A DNA stretch of 64,000 nucleotides from an uncultured Planctomycetales bacterium. GTDB taxonomy: Bacteria > Omnitrophota > Gorgyraeia > Gygaellales > Profunditerraquicolaceae. Numbering within the stretch: the first letter of the stretch is position 1; every line of letters starts with the position of its first letter. The notes beneath the pieces were generated by a model. It did no database searches. It was given only the letters and a program-made list of their open reading frames with translations, and was not told the DNA's origin. Of the stretch, positions 32,400 to 42,000 are shown piece by piece. The stretch is from the NCBI GenBank assembly GCA_964545575.1, contig CAZJFL010000004.1, forward strand, positions 9,512 through 73,511. The letters are read 5' to 3'. A program made the translations under genes and the position numbers.

Positions 32400-34478
32400 T
32401 TAAGTCTGCAAAATTGTGTCGGCTGCGGCTAAAACATCATCTACGCTGATAGCTTTAAGGCAGGCGAACTCTTTTTTACAGTTATGCGCCAGGCATTCAA
32501 TACATCCTACTGCCTTATGCAGATATCTGTCTTTTTTGCCTACCGGCCCCCAGCGTTTAGGGCTTAAGCCTTTTTGGCCTCTGCCGAAAATAGCAATTAC
32601 CGGCGTGTCGACACTAGAAGCAATATGCACCGGGCCGGAATCGTTAGAAATAAATAAAGCGCACCTCTTAAGCAAACTGGCTAATTGGCTCAGAGAAGTC
32701 TTACCCGCCAGATTAATTGCCGGAGAGCGCATATTCGCCAGCGCAAGCTCTGCTTTTTTTGTATCTTTTGGGCCGCTGATAATCAGGGTTTTAAAACCGT
32801 ATTTTTCTATTAACCTGTCGGCGACCTGGGCGAATCTTTCGTTGGGCCAGACCTTAGAAGGGCAGCTTGCCCCGGGATGAATAGCCAGAAGCCTATCTGT
32901 TTCTTTTATCCCCTCCTGGCGGAATAAACTCTCCACCCATTTTTCTGCTTCCGGCCTGAGGGGGATATATAATTCTTTATCTTGGGGAGTAATCCCTAAG
33001 TGCGCCAGCAGTCCAAGATTATAATCCAGCTCATGCTTTTCTCCCAGCTGTTTAGTATGCTTTATCCGGTCGGTAAGCAAAAACCCCATTTTACGGTGGT
33101 AACCTATTCTTCTGGGTATCCCGGAAAAAAACGCCACTAGATGCACGCGGTTGGTAGGATGAAGGATGAGTGCCAAATCAAACTTTTTCTGTTTTAAGTT
33201 TAAAGCAAACTTAATAGACCCCAGCCAGCTTTTCTCTTTTGCGTCTTTATCGTAAATAATCACTTCATCCAGATAAGGATTACCTTCCACTATCTCTTTT
33301 GTATAGGGGCTGACCATCATCGCGATATAGGCATGAGGGTATTTATCCCGGAGCGCCTTAATTACCGGTGTCGATAAAAGCACGTCTCCGACCCTATCCG
33401 TACGCGCTATTAAGATACGTTTAAAATCTGCCTCTAGACCCTGAACCCTGCCTGCCTGCCGGACAGGCAGGAACCCTGAACCCTGAACTAAAATATTTAT
33501 TACCTGCCTTAATACATCTTCTACCTTTACCAGGTGCATGCAGTCTAAAGTTCGGAACCTGCATTCTGCCTTCTCGCAGGGCCGGCAGAAGATTTCTTTT
33601 TTTACCGTAGCCCAAACACCCGACCAGGGCCCGTATTTTTTATCGCTGGTCGGGCCAAAGATTGCCACAATAGGTAGATCTAAATAACTGGCCAGATGCA
33701 GGACTGCGCTGTCATTAGTAATCAGGAGGCTTGCTTTTCTTAGTAAAGCGCCCAGCTGCGAGATCGTGGTCTTGCCGGCAAGGTCCAACAGGGAATGCGA
33801 AGATTGCTCGCCGATATATTTTGTGATAAATGCATCGGCCCTATCTCCTACCAGAATAACCTTTGCTGCTAATTCTCCTATAATCCGTTCTGCAAGCTGG
33901 GCGAACTTTTCTTTGGGCCATCTTTTAGTAGAGCTTCTGGCTCCCGGAGCAATAATAACTATTTTATCGTGTTGGGCTATGCTGTTTTCTTTGAATATAT
34001 TTTCGACATATTCCCTGTCCTGCGGCCCGATGCATAGGGAGCTCTCTATTGTCTTTTTCGCCTCCGAACCCTGAACTCTGCCTGCCTGCCGGACAGGCAG
34101 GAACTCTGAACCCTGAACTCTACTTAAATGCCTATCCTTCATATGTCCGCTACCCCGCAAAAAAATAGGCGCTTTGTATCTGGCAGGAAGCAACAATCCG
34201 AAAAAACTGTTGCGTAAATCCACGACCAGATCAAAATGTTCTTTTTGAAGGCGGCCAAACAGCTTTATTTTTTCTTTCAGCCGCGCATGTTTGTCATAGA
34301 TAATCAGGTTATCTACGGCAGGATTAGCCTCAAATATTCCTTTCGGGCGGGGGCCTGAGACAACGGTGATTTTAGCCTGCGGAAACTCCTTCCTTAAATA
34401 ATCCAGCGCCGGCAGGGTCAGTATCACATCTCCGATATTACTTAAGGTAACGAACAATATTTTATTGATCTTTGTCAT
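32400..34478 (-). CDS. Tandem double GT9 heptosyltransferase (WaaF-like x2)
   Basis: Two copies each of IGDV/VGDV, KxWP, NDS..H.A and IFG motifs. Confidence 0.9.
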   Translation of the reverse strand: MTKINKILFVTLSNIGDVILTLPALDYLRKEFPQAKITVVSGPRPKGIFEANPAVDNLIIYDKHARLKEKIKLFGRLQKEHFDLVVDLRNSFFGLLLPARYKAPIFLRGSGHMKDRHLSRVQGSEFLPVRQAGRVQGSEAKKTIESSLCIGPQDREYVENIFKENSIAQHDKIVIIAPGARSSTKRWPKEKFAQLAERIIGELAAKVILVGDRADAFITKYIGEQSSHSLLDLAGKTTISQLGALLRKASLLITNDSAVLHLASYLDLPIVAIFGPTSDKKYGPWSGVWATVKKEIFCRPCEKAECRFRTLDCMHLVKVEDVLRQVINILVQGSGFLPVRQAGRVQGLEADFKRILIARTDRVGDVLLSTPVIKALRDKYPHAYIAMMVSPYTKEIVEGNPYLDEVIIYDKDAKEKSWLGSIKFALNLKQKKFDLALILHPTNRVHLVAFFSGIPRRIGYHRKMGFLLTDRIKHTKQLGEKHELDYNLGLLAHLGITPQDKELYIPLRPEAEKWVESLFRQEGIKETDRLLAIHPGASCPSKVWPNERFAQVADRLIEKYGFKTLIISGPKDTKKAELALANMRSPAINLAGKTSLSQLASLLKRCALFISNDSGPVHIASSVDTPVIAIFGRGQKGLSPKRWGPVGKKDRYLHKAVGCIECLAHNCKKEFACLKAISVDDVLAAADTILQT
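33438..33488. repeat. (GAACCCT)n array with 21-bp palindrome CCTGCCTGCCGGACAGGCAGG (33451-33471), in frame in the GT9-GT9 linker
   Basis: Read directly; encodes VQGSGFLPVRQAGRVQG. Confidence 0.95.
34066..34121. repeat. (GAACYCT)n array with 21-bp palindrome (34081-34101), in frame in the first GT9 domain
   Basis: Read directly; encodes RVQGSEFLPVRQAGRVQGS. Confidence 0.95.
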
Positions 34479-34499
34479 CTCGCAATGCGCCTAAACTAT

Positions 34500-35522
34500 C
34501 TATTTTTTTATCGCTATCTTTGCCTGCGCTAAGACTTCCTCCGGCGTAATTGCCTTCATGCAGCGGTTGTCTTTACAGCCGACCACATAGCAGGGTATGG
34601 CGCAGCCGACATCTTTCTGTAAAATAATCACGTTATTTGTAGGGTAGGGGCCGGTTATTTCAGGCGAGGTGGGGCCGAAAAGCGCAATTATCCTCTTTGC
34701 GCCTACGGCATTAGCAATATGCAAAGGCCCGGTGTCAGCCGTGATAAAGAGGTCGAGCCTCTTAAATAACGCGCCTAACTGTTTTAAGTTAAATACCCCA
34801 CAGGCGATAATGGGTTCGTTTTTCATCTGCCGGCGTATCTGATTAGCCAAAGCCGAGTCCGAGGCGCTGCCTGAGATTACTACCTTAGCCTCCAGCTGGC
34901 TGATTAACTTATCCGCCAGAGCTGCCCAGTGTTCTCCCGGCCAACGCTTGGGGCTCCAGTTCCCTCCGGTATTTATCCCGATTAAAAGGTCACCTCTCGT
35001 AATCCCTTTTTTATTCAAGGCCTCTTCGACAAAACGCAGGTCTTCCTCGCCGATAAAGAACTCGGTAAACCTGTCCTCGCACCTTAACCCTGCCTTTTCG
35101 ATGATGTTTAAGTAATAATCTATGCGGTGCAGGCTATGGATATCGGGAGCCACGATCTTTTTTGTGAGCAGAAAGCGGCGTTTTTTGGTAAGATAGCCTA
35201 TCCTCTCCGGTATTGCGGCGAGCCGGCAGATCAGCGCCCGCGTCAGCGACCGGTGCAGTAAAAATGCCACGTCGAAATCTTTGGCTTTGAGATACGAAAT
35301 AAACTTCAGTTTTTCCACCGTGCTCTTATGCCTGTCTTTTTCATCAAAGATAATAATCTCATCCAGATGCGGATTGCCTTTTAAAATATGGTAGCAGCGG
35401 CTGGGAACTATGCAGGCGATAAAACTCTTAGGGTAATTACGGCGGATGTTTCTGATGGTGGCGGTAGAAAATAAAACATCTCCCAGCCAGTTTACGTTAA
35501 AGATAAGGATGCGTTTATACAT
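34500..35522 (-). CDS. waaF: GT9 lipopolysaccharide heptosyltransferase II-like
   Basis: NWLGDV, KRWP, DTGPLHIA, LFGPT; start at MYKRIL. Confidence 0.85.
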   Translation of the reverse strand: MYKRILIFNVNWLGDVLFSTATIRNIRRNYPKSFIACIVPSRCYHILKGNPHLDEIIIFDEKDRHKSTVEKLKFISYLKAKDFDVAFLLHRSLTRALICRLAAIPERIGYLTKKRRFLLTKKIVAPDIHSLHRIDYYLNIIEKAGLRCEDRFTEFFIGEEDLRFVEEALNKKGITRGDLLIGINTGGNWSPKRWPGEHWAALADKLISQLEAKVVISGSASDSALANQIRRQMKNEPIIACGVFNLKQLGALFKRLDLFITADTGPLHIANAVGAKRIIALFGPTSPEITGPYPTNNVIILQKDVGCAIPCYVVGCKDNRCMKAITPEEVLAQAKIAIKK

Positions 35523-36633
35523 GCCGGTACTCCAAGTATAATTTTTCTGTTTCGCCAAGCATGTCTTCTTGCGAGAAATGCTGCCGGATAAATTCTTGCG
35601 CATGAGCCCCTAAAAGGCTCGGCCTTGTCTTATCCCGAAGCAGCCCTAATATAGCCGAAGATAATTCTGTGGGCTCGGCCGGTTTAACCAGCAAGCCGTT
35701 ATATCCGTCTTTAATCAGGCTTCTTATCCCTCCGATATCAGAGCCGATCACGGCCAGGCCCGCTGCCATCGCCTCGATCAGGCTTAAACCTAAACCTTCT
35801 GCGAGCGAGGGCATGACAAATAAATCCATCACCGCCAAAATATCCCTGGCCTCCTTAACCGAAGGTATAAAATAAACATTTTGTGTAATTCCTAAACGGC
35901 GGGCCAGAGCTACTAAGTCCTGTTTCATTTTGCCGTCTCCCACGATCAGTAACCGGGCATCGGGAAACGTACCTAAAACCTCTTTCATCGCCTCGATAAG
36001 ATAAATATGGCCCTTGACATCCGATAACCTGGCTATAATCCCCACTACCGGGCCGTTGCCCAAGCCTAATTCTTTCTTTTTTTCAACTCTGAACTCTGCC
36101 TGCCTGCCGGACAGGCAGGAACTCTGAACTCTGAACTTATCTACGTCTATACCATTATGTATTAAGCTGATATTTTCTTCCTTCACCTTAAAATCTTCGA
36201 TAAGATGTTCTTTAACCGCTTCGCTGATGGCAATAACTTTTAGCCCCCAGCAGGGAAAAATCCGGCGGAAAATACGCTGCTTAAAGAAACCGTGGCAGGT
36301 GGAAATGTATGGCTTTCCTGAAAAACGGTGGATTAAACCGGCTACTACCTGGGTGACGCGCGTATTAGCATGAATGATCTCTATATTTTTTTCTTTTACC
36401 TGTTTAAGCAACTTCAAAATACTGATAAAAACCCCGGGGCTTACCTCCTGTTTTGTTGCCAGCGGCACCGGGATATGGACTATGCCTTCCTGGCTAAACT
36501 TAGAGAGAAGCTCTCCCCCTCCCGAAGCCAGATATACCTGATGGCCTCTTTTTCGCATACCGCCGGCTAAAGTCAGGAGATAGCTGGTAACTCCGCCGGT
36601 GTTCAAATGGTTTGTCAAATAGAGAATATTCAT
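35515..36633 (-). CDS. GT4 glycosyltransferase
   Basis: GGV, IHAN, HNGID, KGH, EGLGLSLIEAMAAG. Confidence 0.92.
   Translation of the reverse strand: MNILYLTNHLNTGGVTSYLLTLAGGMRKRGHQVYLASGGGELLSKFSQEGIVHIPVPLATKQEVSPGVFISILKLLKQVKEKNIEIIHANTRVTQVVAGLIHRFSGKPYISTCHGFFKQRIFRRIFPCWGLKVIAISEAVKEHLIEDFKVKEENISLIHNGIDVDKFRVQSSCLSGRQAEFRVEKKKELGLGNGPVVGIIARLSDVKGHIYLIEAMKEVLGTFPDARLLIVGDGKMKQDLVALARRLGITQNVYFIPSVKEARDILAVMDLFVMPSLAEGLGLSLIEAMAAGLAVIGSDIGGIRSLIKDGYNGLLVKPAEPTELSSAILGLLRDKTRPSLLGAHAQEFIRQHFSQEDMLGETEKLYLEYRHV
36085..36137. repeat. (GAACTCT)n array with 21-bp palindrome (36099-36119), in frame in the GT4 interdomain linker
   Basis: Read directly; encodes FRVQSSCLSGRQAEFRV (different frame from the GT9 copies). 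Confidence 0.95.
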
Positions 36634-38723
36634 TTTAATAATTTATCTACCGCCTGCAATACCTCTTCCGGACTGATTGCCTGCATACAATCAATTTTTT
36701 TACATTTTGGTTTATAACAAGGGCTGCAGGGAAGATCTTTTTTAACTACGAGATAGTTTTTTGCCGGTGCCAGATGCCGTAAAGGGTCTGTTGGGCCGAA
36801 AAGAGCTACAAAAGGGGTGCCTGCGGCGGCAGCGATATGCAGGGGCGCTGAATCCGAGGATATATAGACGTTGCATTTTTTAATCAGGCAGGCGAGCTGA
36901 TTCACCGTGGTCTGGGCGGTGGCGTTGATCGGGGCGACCCCTTTGACGCCAGCCATAATCAGGTTAGCCTGCGGCAGATCTTTTTCTGTTCCGGTTAAAA
37001 TAACCCGTATATCCCGGCGCGATAACTCTTCGCACAACTTTAGCATATTACCTAGCGGCCAGTTTTTAGTAAGCCAACGAGAGCTTGCGCTGATATTGAC
37101 TCCGATTAGTTTCTGGTTGGGGCTGATCCAGCTTGATTTCAATAATTCCTCTATATAAATCCGGTCTTCTTCGGCCGGCCAAAGCTCTAAAGCCGTATCT
37201 TTTAAATCTATACCCAGCATCTTCAATATCCTGAATTGATGCGTTAGCGGGTCTATTTGCGGCTTTTCGTCTTTGATGCGGTGGTTAAGCAGAAAGCCGA
37301 ATTTTTTATTATCATATCCGTAACGGTCTAGGGAGAAAGTAAGCCCGGATAAGATATGGCTCTTACGGTTATTTTGCAGGTCAATCACAATATCGAAGTT
37401 CTTCTTCCTTAAAGAAGCGCCTAATTTTAACAGGCCGCGCAGACCTTTATCTTTATTCTGCAAATCGCAAACCAGCAATTCATCGATATAAGGGCAACGC
37501 AAAAGCGCATCTTTTGAGGCGTCTCCCACCAGAAAGGTGATTTTATAATTCTGCGCCGGGAATTTTTCCCTTACCGCCTTGATTGCCGCCGTAGAAAGTA
37601 TGATATCCCCCAGAGAGCTAAACTTGATCAGCAAAATCTTAAAATTCTCCAGTGCTTCTTTATAGACATTCGTGGTATTCCTGACTAATAGCTCTGCCGT
37701 ATATTTTTCCTTTACTTTTTGATAAGCGTTTTCCGCCAGGACCCGCGCTAACTCCCGGTCATTAAATATTCTTAAGGCGGCCTCTGCCATGCTTGCCGGG
37801 TCAGCGGGAGGAACGAGCAGCCCGTTTTTACCGTCTTCGATAATATCGATCACGCCTCCTACGGTAGTCGCAACTACCGGCACTCCGACAGCCTGCGCCT
37901 CTAAGATCGCCCTCGGAAAAGCATCGTGCGTAGTGGAGGCCAATACTACCAAGTCTAAGTTCCTTAAAATTCCGGGGACATCCTTCTGATTACCTAAAAA
38001 TTCGGTGCAGTGCCACAACCCCAGCCTCCTGACTAAAACCTGCACCTGTTCTTTATAGACTTCTTTGGACGGCGGGGCATCGCCGACTATCCAAACCTTT
38101 AGATGAGGGATGGTTCTTGCGACCTTGGCCATCGCCTTAATAAAATGCAGGTGACCTTTTAGCGGCGTGATCCTTCCGATTATCCCTACATTAAACTCTT
38201 CTAATTTTTTCTTCTCCGGGGCTTTATACTGGAATCTTTCCAAGTCTACGCTGCGCGGGATTAAACGTATCCTCTCCTGAGGCACGCTGAAATCTTCGAT
38301 CATGTGCTTGGCCACAACCTGGCTCGGGCAGATCACAAATTTGGCCCAACCCATCGGGTAACTGAATAAATGCTTGGTATAATATCCGTGGCAGGTAGTG
38401 ACCAGCGGCCGCTTAGTCTGTCTACAGGCAAAATAGGCAATCCAGGCAGGTACGCGCGAACGCGCATGTACAATATCTATCTCTTCTTTTCTAATGATCT
38501 CGGATAACTTAGGGATCATTTTGAGGATATTAAAAAAGGATTTTTTATGCACTGGCAGCTGATAGTGGATAACGCCGTTCTCCTCTAATTCTTTAACCAG
38601 CGCTCCGCCGCCAGAGACCACCACCGCCTTCATCCCGAGCTTCGCCAGGCGAATTGCCAGATCAACGGTCCCGGTCTCCACCCCTCCTACATTTAGTTCC
38701 GGCAGTATCTGTAATATTTTCAT
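36630..38723 (-). CDS. GT4-GT9 fusion glycosyltransferase
   Basis: N-half GGVE, HARSR, KGH, AFPRAILEA; C-half SSLGDII, KNWP, DSAPLHIA, FGPT. Confidence 0.9.
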   Translation of the reverse strand: MKILQILPELNVGGVETGTVDLAIRLAKLGMKAVVVSGGGALVKELEENGVIHYQLPVHKKSFFNILKMIPKLSEIIRKEEIDIVHARSRVPAWIAYFACRQTKRPLVTTCHGYYTKHLFSYPMGWAKFVICPSQVVAKHMIEDFSVPQERIRLIPRSVDLERFQYKAPEKKKLEEFNVGIIGRITPLKGHLHFIKAMAKVARTIPHLKVWIVGDAPPSKEVYKEQVQVLVRRLGLWHCTEFLGNQKDVPGILRNLDLVVLASTTHDAFPRAILEAQAVGVPVVATTVGGVIDIIEDGKNGLLVPPADPASMAEAALRIFNDRELARVLAENAYQKVKEKYTAELLVRNTTNVYKEALENFKILLIKFSSLGDIILSTAAIKAVREKFPAQNYKITFLVGDASKDALLRCPYIDELLVCDLQNKDKGLRGLLKLGASLRKKNFDIVIDLQNNRKSHILSGLTFSLDRYGYDNKKFGFLLNHRIKDEKPQIDPLTHQFRILKMLGIDLKDTALELWPAEEDRIYIEELLKSSWISPNQKLIGVNISASSRWLTKNWPLGNMLKLCEELSRRDIRVILTGTEKDLPQANLIMAGVKGVAPINATAQTTVNQLACLIKKCNVYISSDSAPLHIAAAAGTPFVALFGPTDPLRHLAPAKNYLVVKKDLPCSPCYKPKCKKIDCMQAISPEEVLQAVDKLLK

Positions 38724-40723
38724 AAAATCCTCTTTAGCGCCTCGCTTACGGTCAGGTTATCAGAAAGGGGCTGGATTTCTGGCTTTTTTTCCCACAACTC
38801 CTCTAGCACCCTCCCTAAATTAGCTGCCTCGCTGATATATATATTTTTTCTCTCTATAAGGCTAGCCAAGAACCTCTTGTGTTTTGCCCCTACTCCTGCG
38901 GCAGCAAAAGTCAAAACATAACGGCGGCTCGCCACAGCCTCGGAAATCATAGAGATGCTTTCCGGAGAAGTTATTACCAGGCGGCTCGCGCCTAGTATCC
39001 CGCCCACGGCAAAGGGCAGGTTTTTCTCATTGGCGATCACCAGAAACCTGCAGCGCGGATAATCGCTGAATTCCGCCCTGACTAACTCTTCTGCCTCTTT
39101 CGGGGTCCGGCGCGAAGTAGTCACCAGTATCAGCGCGTCATTTTTCTCTAAGAATGCCTTTACCTGGCTGATTACTTCCCGCAGAGAATCCCGGCTTAAG
39201 CGGAAATCCTTATTATCTCCTCCGATAAGCATCCCCAAAACCAGGTCTTTGTCAATCTTCGCCAAAGACTTCAAGAGCGCGGCTTCCTCTTTCAGCAAGT
39301 CCTCGTCTATTAAGTTTAACGCGCCCTCGATTAGCACGGTATTTTTCTTAAAAACCGGCCTGTGGCTTTGGCTAAAGGAAGCCAAACCCTGCCTGCCGGC
39401 AGGCAGGCATTGCCTTGCTGGCTGATCGTGCCGGGGTATAATCACCAAGTCAAATCTCTGCATACTGAAAACAGAAGGCCGCATCAGTACTACCGACTTA
39501 GCCAAGTTTTCCTTGGATAAAATAAAATTAACCGCGGCGAGCCCAGAACCGCAGGAAATAATCAAGTCGTATTTTTTTCTCGTCAGGGCTTGATAGGTAT
39601 CGGCGGTTAAAAATTTCTTCAGGCACCAGAGGCATCCCTGACAGTGGTATTTTCCGGCGAGGCAGGCGCTAAAAGTAAGGGCCTGGCTGCTCAGCCTATT
39701 TTTAAACTTTACCTCTATAATCTCGCTCTGGCTGTTTATCCCCCGGTCTTTAAAATGCCTTTGGGCTATCGCGGCCGTAGCCTGTGCCTGGCTGAGGTGG
39801 CCGGCTTTACCATCGCTTAAAATTAGGATATTCCTCTCTTGGGAATACTTCCAGATTTTATAAAACCAGAGGTATTGTTCAGGGTACCTGCTGATATAAT
39901 CCTGGAATATCTGCATCAATCCTTCTAGATTACGGCGGACGTCTTCTTCGCTATTACCGGTTTTTATCAGCTTAAAGGGGGGCACAAAAATAATTTTCAT
40001 ATACGGGCCGCGCAGGCGAACATAAAAACCCGGGATAATTGCCGCATCGTACTTTAAAGCCAGCCTCACCGCCCCGCTTGCCATAGAGGCATCCCGGCCG
40101 AAGAATCTAACCGGAACGCCGGAACTTCCTCCCTGATCAACGGTCATACCTATCGCCTGGTTATTTTTCAGTATCTGAATTAACTGACGGGTCTGATTTT
40201 TCCTCTGGACTAATTTAGCCCCTTTTTGGCTGCGGTAGGCATTCAGCAGCCGGTTTAAACGGAGAAGCTTTTGTTCGCGTATAAGTAAGAATAAAGGGAA
40301 GCCTAAGTTTGTGCAGACGACGTTAGAGATTTCCCAGCTTCCTCCGTGCGCCCCCAAAAGGATTACTCCTTTTCCCTTTTGAAAACCCTCCTCGATATGC
40401 TGCCTGCCTTCGCAAGTGACGTATTTGGCGATATATTGCTTATTCACCCGGGGAATAAGCAATATTTCTATCAGGCTCTGCCCGAAGTTGCGGTAAAAAT
40501 CTTTTGCGAGCTGTTTTAACTGGCGCGGTGAGAGCCTGTCCCCGAAAGCGGTTTTCAGGTTTGCGTAGGCGACTGCCCGGTGCTTGGCATCAAAACAATA
40601 AAACAATTCACCGATGGCCCGGCCTAAAAAGAAACTTACAAACAAGGGCATTACCCTAAAAATCGGCCCTGCCAGCCTAAAGATTATATATCCTGTCCAA
40701 TCGGCTAAAGAACTCTTCTTCAT
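38720..40723 (-). CDS. Lipid A late acyltransferase (LpxL/HtrB-like) fused to an ELM1/GtrOC1-like domain
   Basis: H..SWE, DQ, PEQYLW.YK.WK, then LSDGKAGH.SQ, FDLVIIPRHD, TTSRRTP, ESISMISEA. Confidence 0.85.
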   Translation of the reverse strand: MKKSSLADWTGYIIFRLAGPIFRVMPLFVSFFLGRAIGELFYCFDAKHRAVAYANLKTAFGDRLSPRQLKQLAKDFYRNFGQSLIEILLIPRVNKQYIAKYVTCEGRQHIEEGFQKGKGVILLGAHGGSWEISNVVCTNLGFPLFLLIREQKLLRLNRLLNAYRSQKGAKLVQRKNQTRQLIQILKNNQAIGMTVDQGGSSGVPVRFFGRDASMASGAVRLALKYDAAIIPGFYVRLRGPYMKIIFVPPFKLIKTGNSEEDVRRNLEGLMQIFQDYISRYPEQYLWFYKIWKYSQERNILILSDGKAGHLSQAQATAAIAQRHFKDRGINSQSEIIEVKFKNRLSSQALTFSACLAGKYHCQGCLWCLKKFLTADTYQALTRKKYDLIISCGSGLAAVNFILSKENLAKSVVLMRPSVFSMQRFDLVIIPRHDQPARQCLPAGRQGLASFSQSHRPVFKKNTVLIEGALNLIDEDLLKEEAALLKSLAKIDKDLVLGMLIGGDNKDFRLSRDSLREVISQVKAFLEKNDALILVTTSRRTPKEAEELVRAEFSDYPRCRFLVIANEKNLPFAVGGILGASRLVITSPESISMISEAVASRRYVLTFAAAGVGAKHKRFLASLIERKNIYISEAANLGRVLEELWEKKPEIQPLSDNLTVSEALKRIL
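39362..39424. repeat. 63-bp in-frame cassette: 43-bp hairpin unit plus 20-bp palindrome (39388-39407)
   Basis: Homologous to 41756-41821; encodes exactly 21 codons QPARQCLPAGRQGLASFSQSH. Confidence 0.92.
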
Positions 40724-41717
40724 TTTTGTTTATCTTTAATTCTATACCTAGCACAAACACTCCCAACTCCCAACTTCCAGCTCCTGGCTGCGGGAGCCGC
40801 ACCGCATCCTTCTCGGTAGTAATGATGGTGTCTATGCCTTTGTTTTTCGATGCCCTTGCGATATGATCCATATCGTAAGGGGCATAATTATGGTGATCGG
40901 GGAAGCGTAAGGATAAACCTACCTTAATCCCTAAATTATCAACCAGGTTTTCAAAGGAATCGGGGTCGCCGATGCCGCAAACCAAAGTTACCTGCCTGCC
41001 TCTAAACACATCCGCACCAAAGAACAGAGAGGGTTTATCGATTTTATAAAAACCAGCGGGGTTATGCATAGCTTCAAAAACTGCGGCTTTGGCGTTAATG
41101 CTCCTTAAGAAATCTTTGATCTCCTGCGTATCCGGATTAAGGTTAGTCTTAGTTAAAACAAAAATATCCGCACGCTTTAAAGAAGAGAGCGGTTCGCGTA
41201 AAATCCCCCGGGGTAACATCTGGCGGTTTCCAAAGGGGTCGGTCGCGTCGATGGTTACGATCTCCAAATCCTTCTTGAGACGCCACTGCTGGAAGCCGTC
41301 ATCCAGGATGACCGTATCCAGGCCGTATTCGCTCACTGCCCTGTTTGCGCCGCGCCTCCTGTTTGCGTCTACTATTACCGGGACATCGGGCAGGCGCCGC
41401 CTGAGCATCAAAGGCTCATCCCCTATACCCACCGCTCTTTTATAACCGCGGCTTAAAACCGCTAACTTACGGCCCCGGCCTGCTAAATAGCGGGCAATAA
41501 ACTCTACCAGCGTAGTTTTGCCTGTTCCGCCTACGGTAATATTGCCGACGCTAATAACTTTACAATTCAGGCGATCAGGCTTAAGCAGAGAAAAAAAGAG
41601 CAAGATCCTGATTACCAGGCCGTAAAAAAGAGAGCAAATAAAGAGAAAAATCTTTAAAATTCCGGCGATAAAACCGCGCTCTTGGTCAGTAGCTAAATTA
41701 TAGAGGTATCTAAGCAT
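40677..41717 (-). CDS. lpxK: Tetraacyldisaccharide 4'-kinase
   Basis: SVGNITVGGTGKT, SRGY, GDEP, LDDGFQ, PRGILRE, FPDHH, TTEKD. Confidence 0.96.
   Translation of the reverse strand: MLRYLYNLATDQERGFIAGILKIFLFICSLFYGLVIRILLFFSLLKPDRLNCKVISVGNITVGGTGKTTLVEFIARYLAGRGRKLAVLSRGYKRAVGIGDEPLMLRRRLPDVPVIVDANRRRGANRAVSEYGLDTVILDDGFQQWRLKKDLEIVTIDATDPFGNRQMLPRGILREPLSSLKRADIFVLTKTNLNPDTQEIKDFLRSINAKAAVFEAMHNPAGFYKIDKPSLFFGADVFRGRQVTLVCGIGDPDSFENLVDNLGIKVGLSLRFPDHHNYAPYDMDHIARASKNKGIDTIITTEKDAVRLPQPGAGSWELGVFVLGIELKINKNEEEFFSRLDRIYNL
40759..40786. repeat. Degenerate heptamer array (ACTCCCA)n near the lpxK C-terminus (GAGSWELGV)
   Basis: actccca actccca acttcca gctcctg. Confidence 0.6.
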
Positions 41718-41755
41718 AATTTAAGGTGGAATATTACACATCTTAAGTTAAGACA

Positions 41756-41877
41756 ATGGCTTTGGCTTGTATGGAAAGCCAAACCCTGCCTGCCGGCAGG
41801 CAGGCATTGCCTTGCCGGCTTATGGCTTTGGCTTATGTGGAAAGCCAAACCATTGCCTTACCGGCTTATGGCTTTGG
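41756..41877. repeat. Tandem 46-bp hairpin units (2.2 copies); unit 1 carries the 20-bp palindrome (41785-41804), unit 2 is empty
   Basis: atggctttggcttNNNNggaaagccaaac[+/-20]cattgccttNccggctt repeated at 41756, 41822 and 41868 (partial). Confidence 0.95.
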
Positions 41878-42000
41878 TGCTTATTCTTTAGCCACAATAT
41901 TTAATTTTAACACAAGCAATGAGTTATGCAACAATTCTTTAGGGGTAGCTAGGGCTTTAAAGCCGGGGTAAATCTTTGCGGAAGGAGTTAGATTTATTAT

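Noticed and set aside
41756-41877. Possible mini CRISPR array
   Set aside because: The units are contiguous with no unique spacers, there are only about 2 copies, and no cas genes are present.
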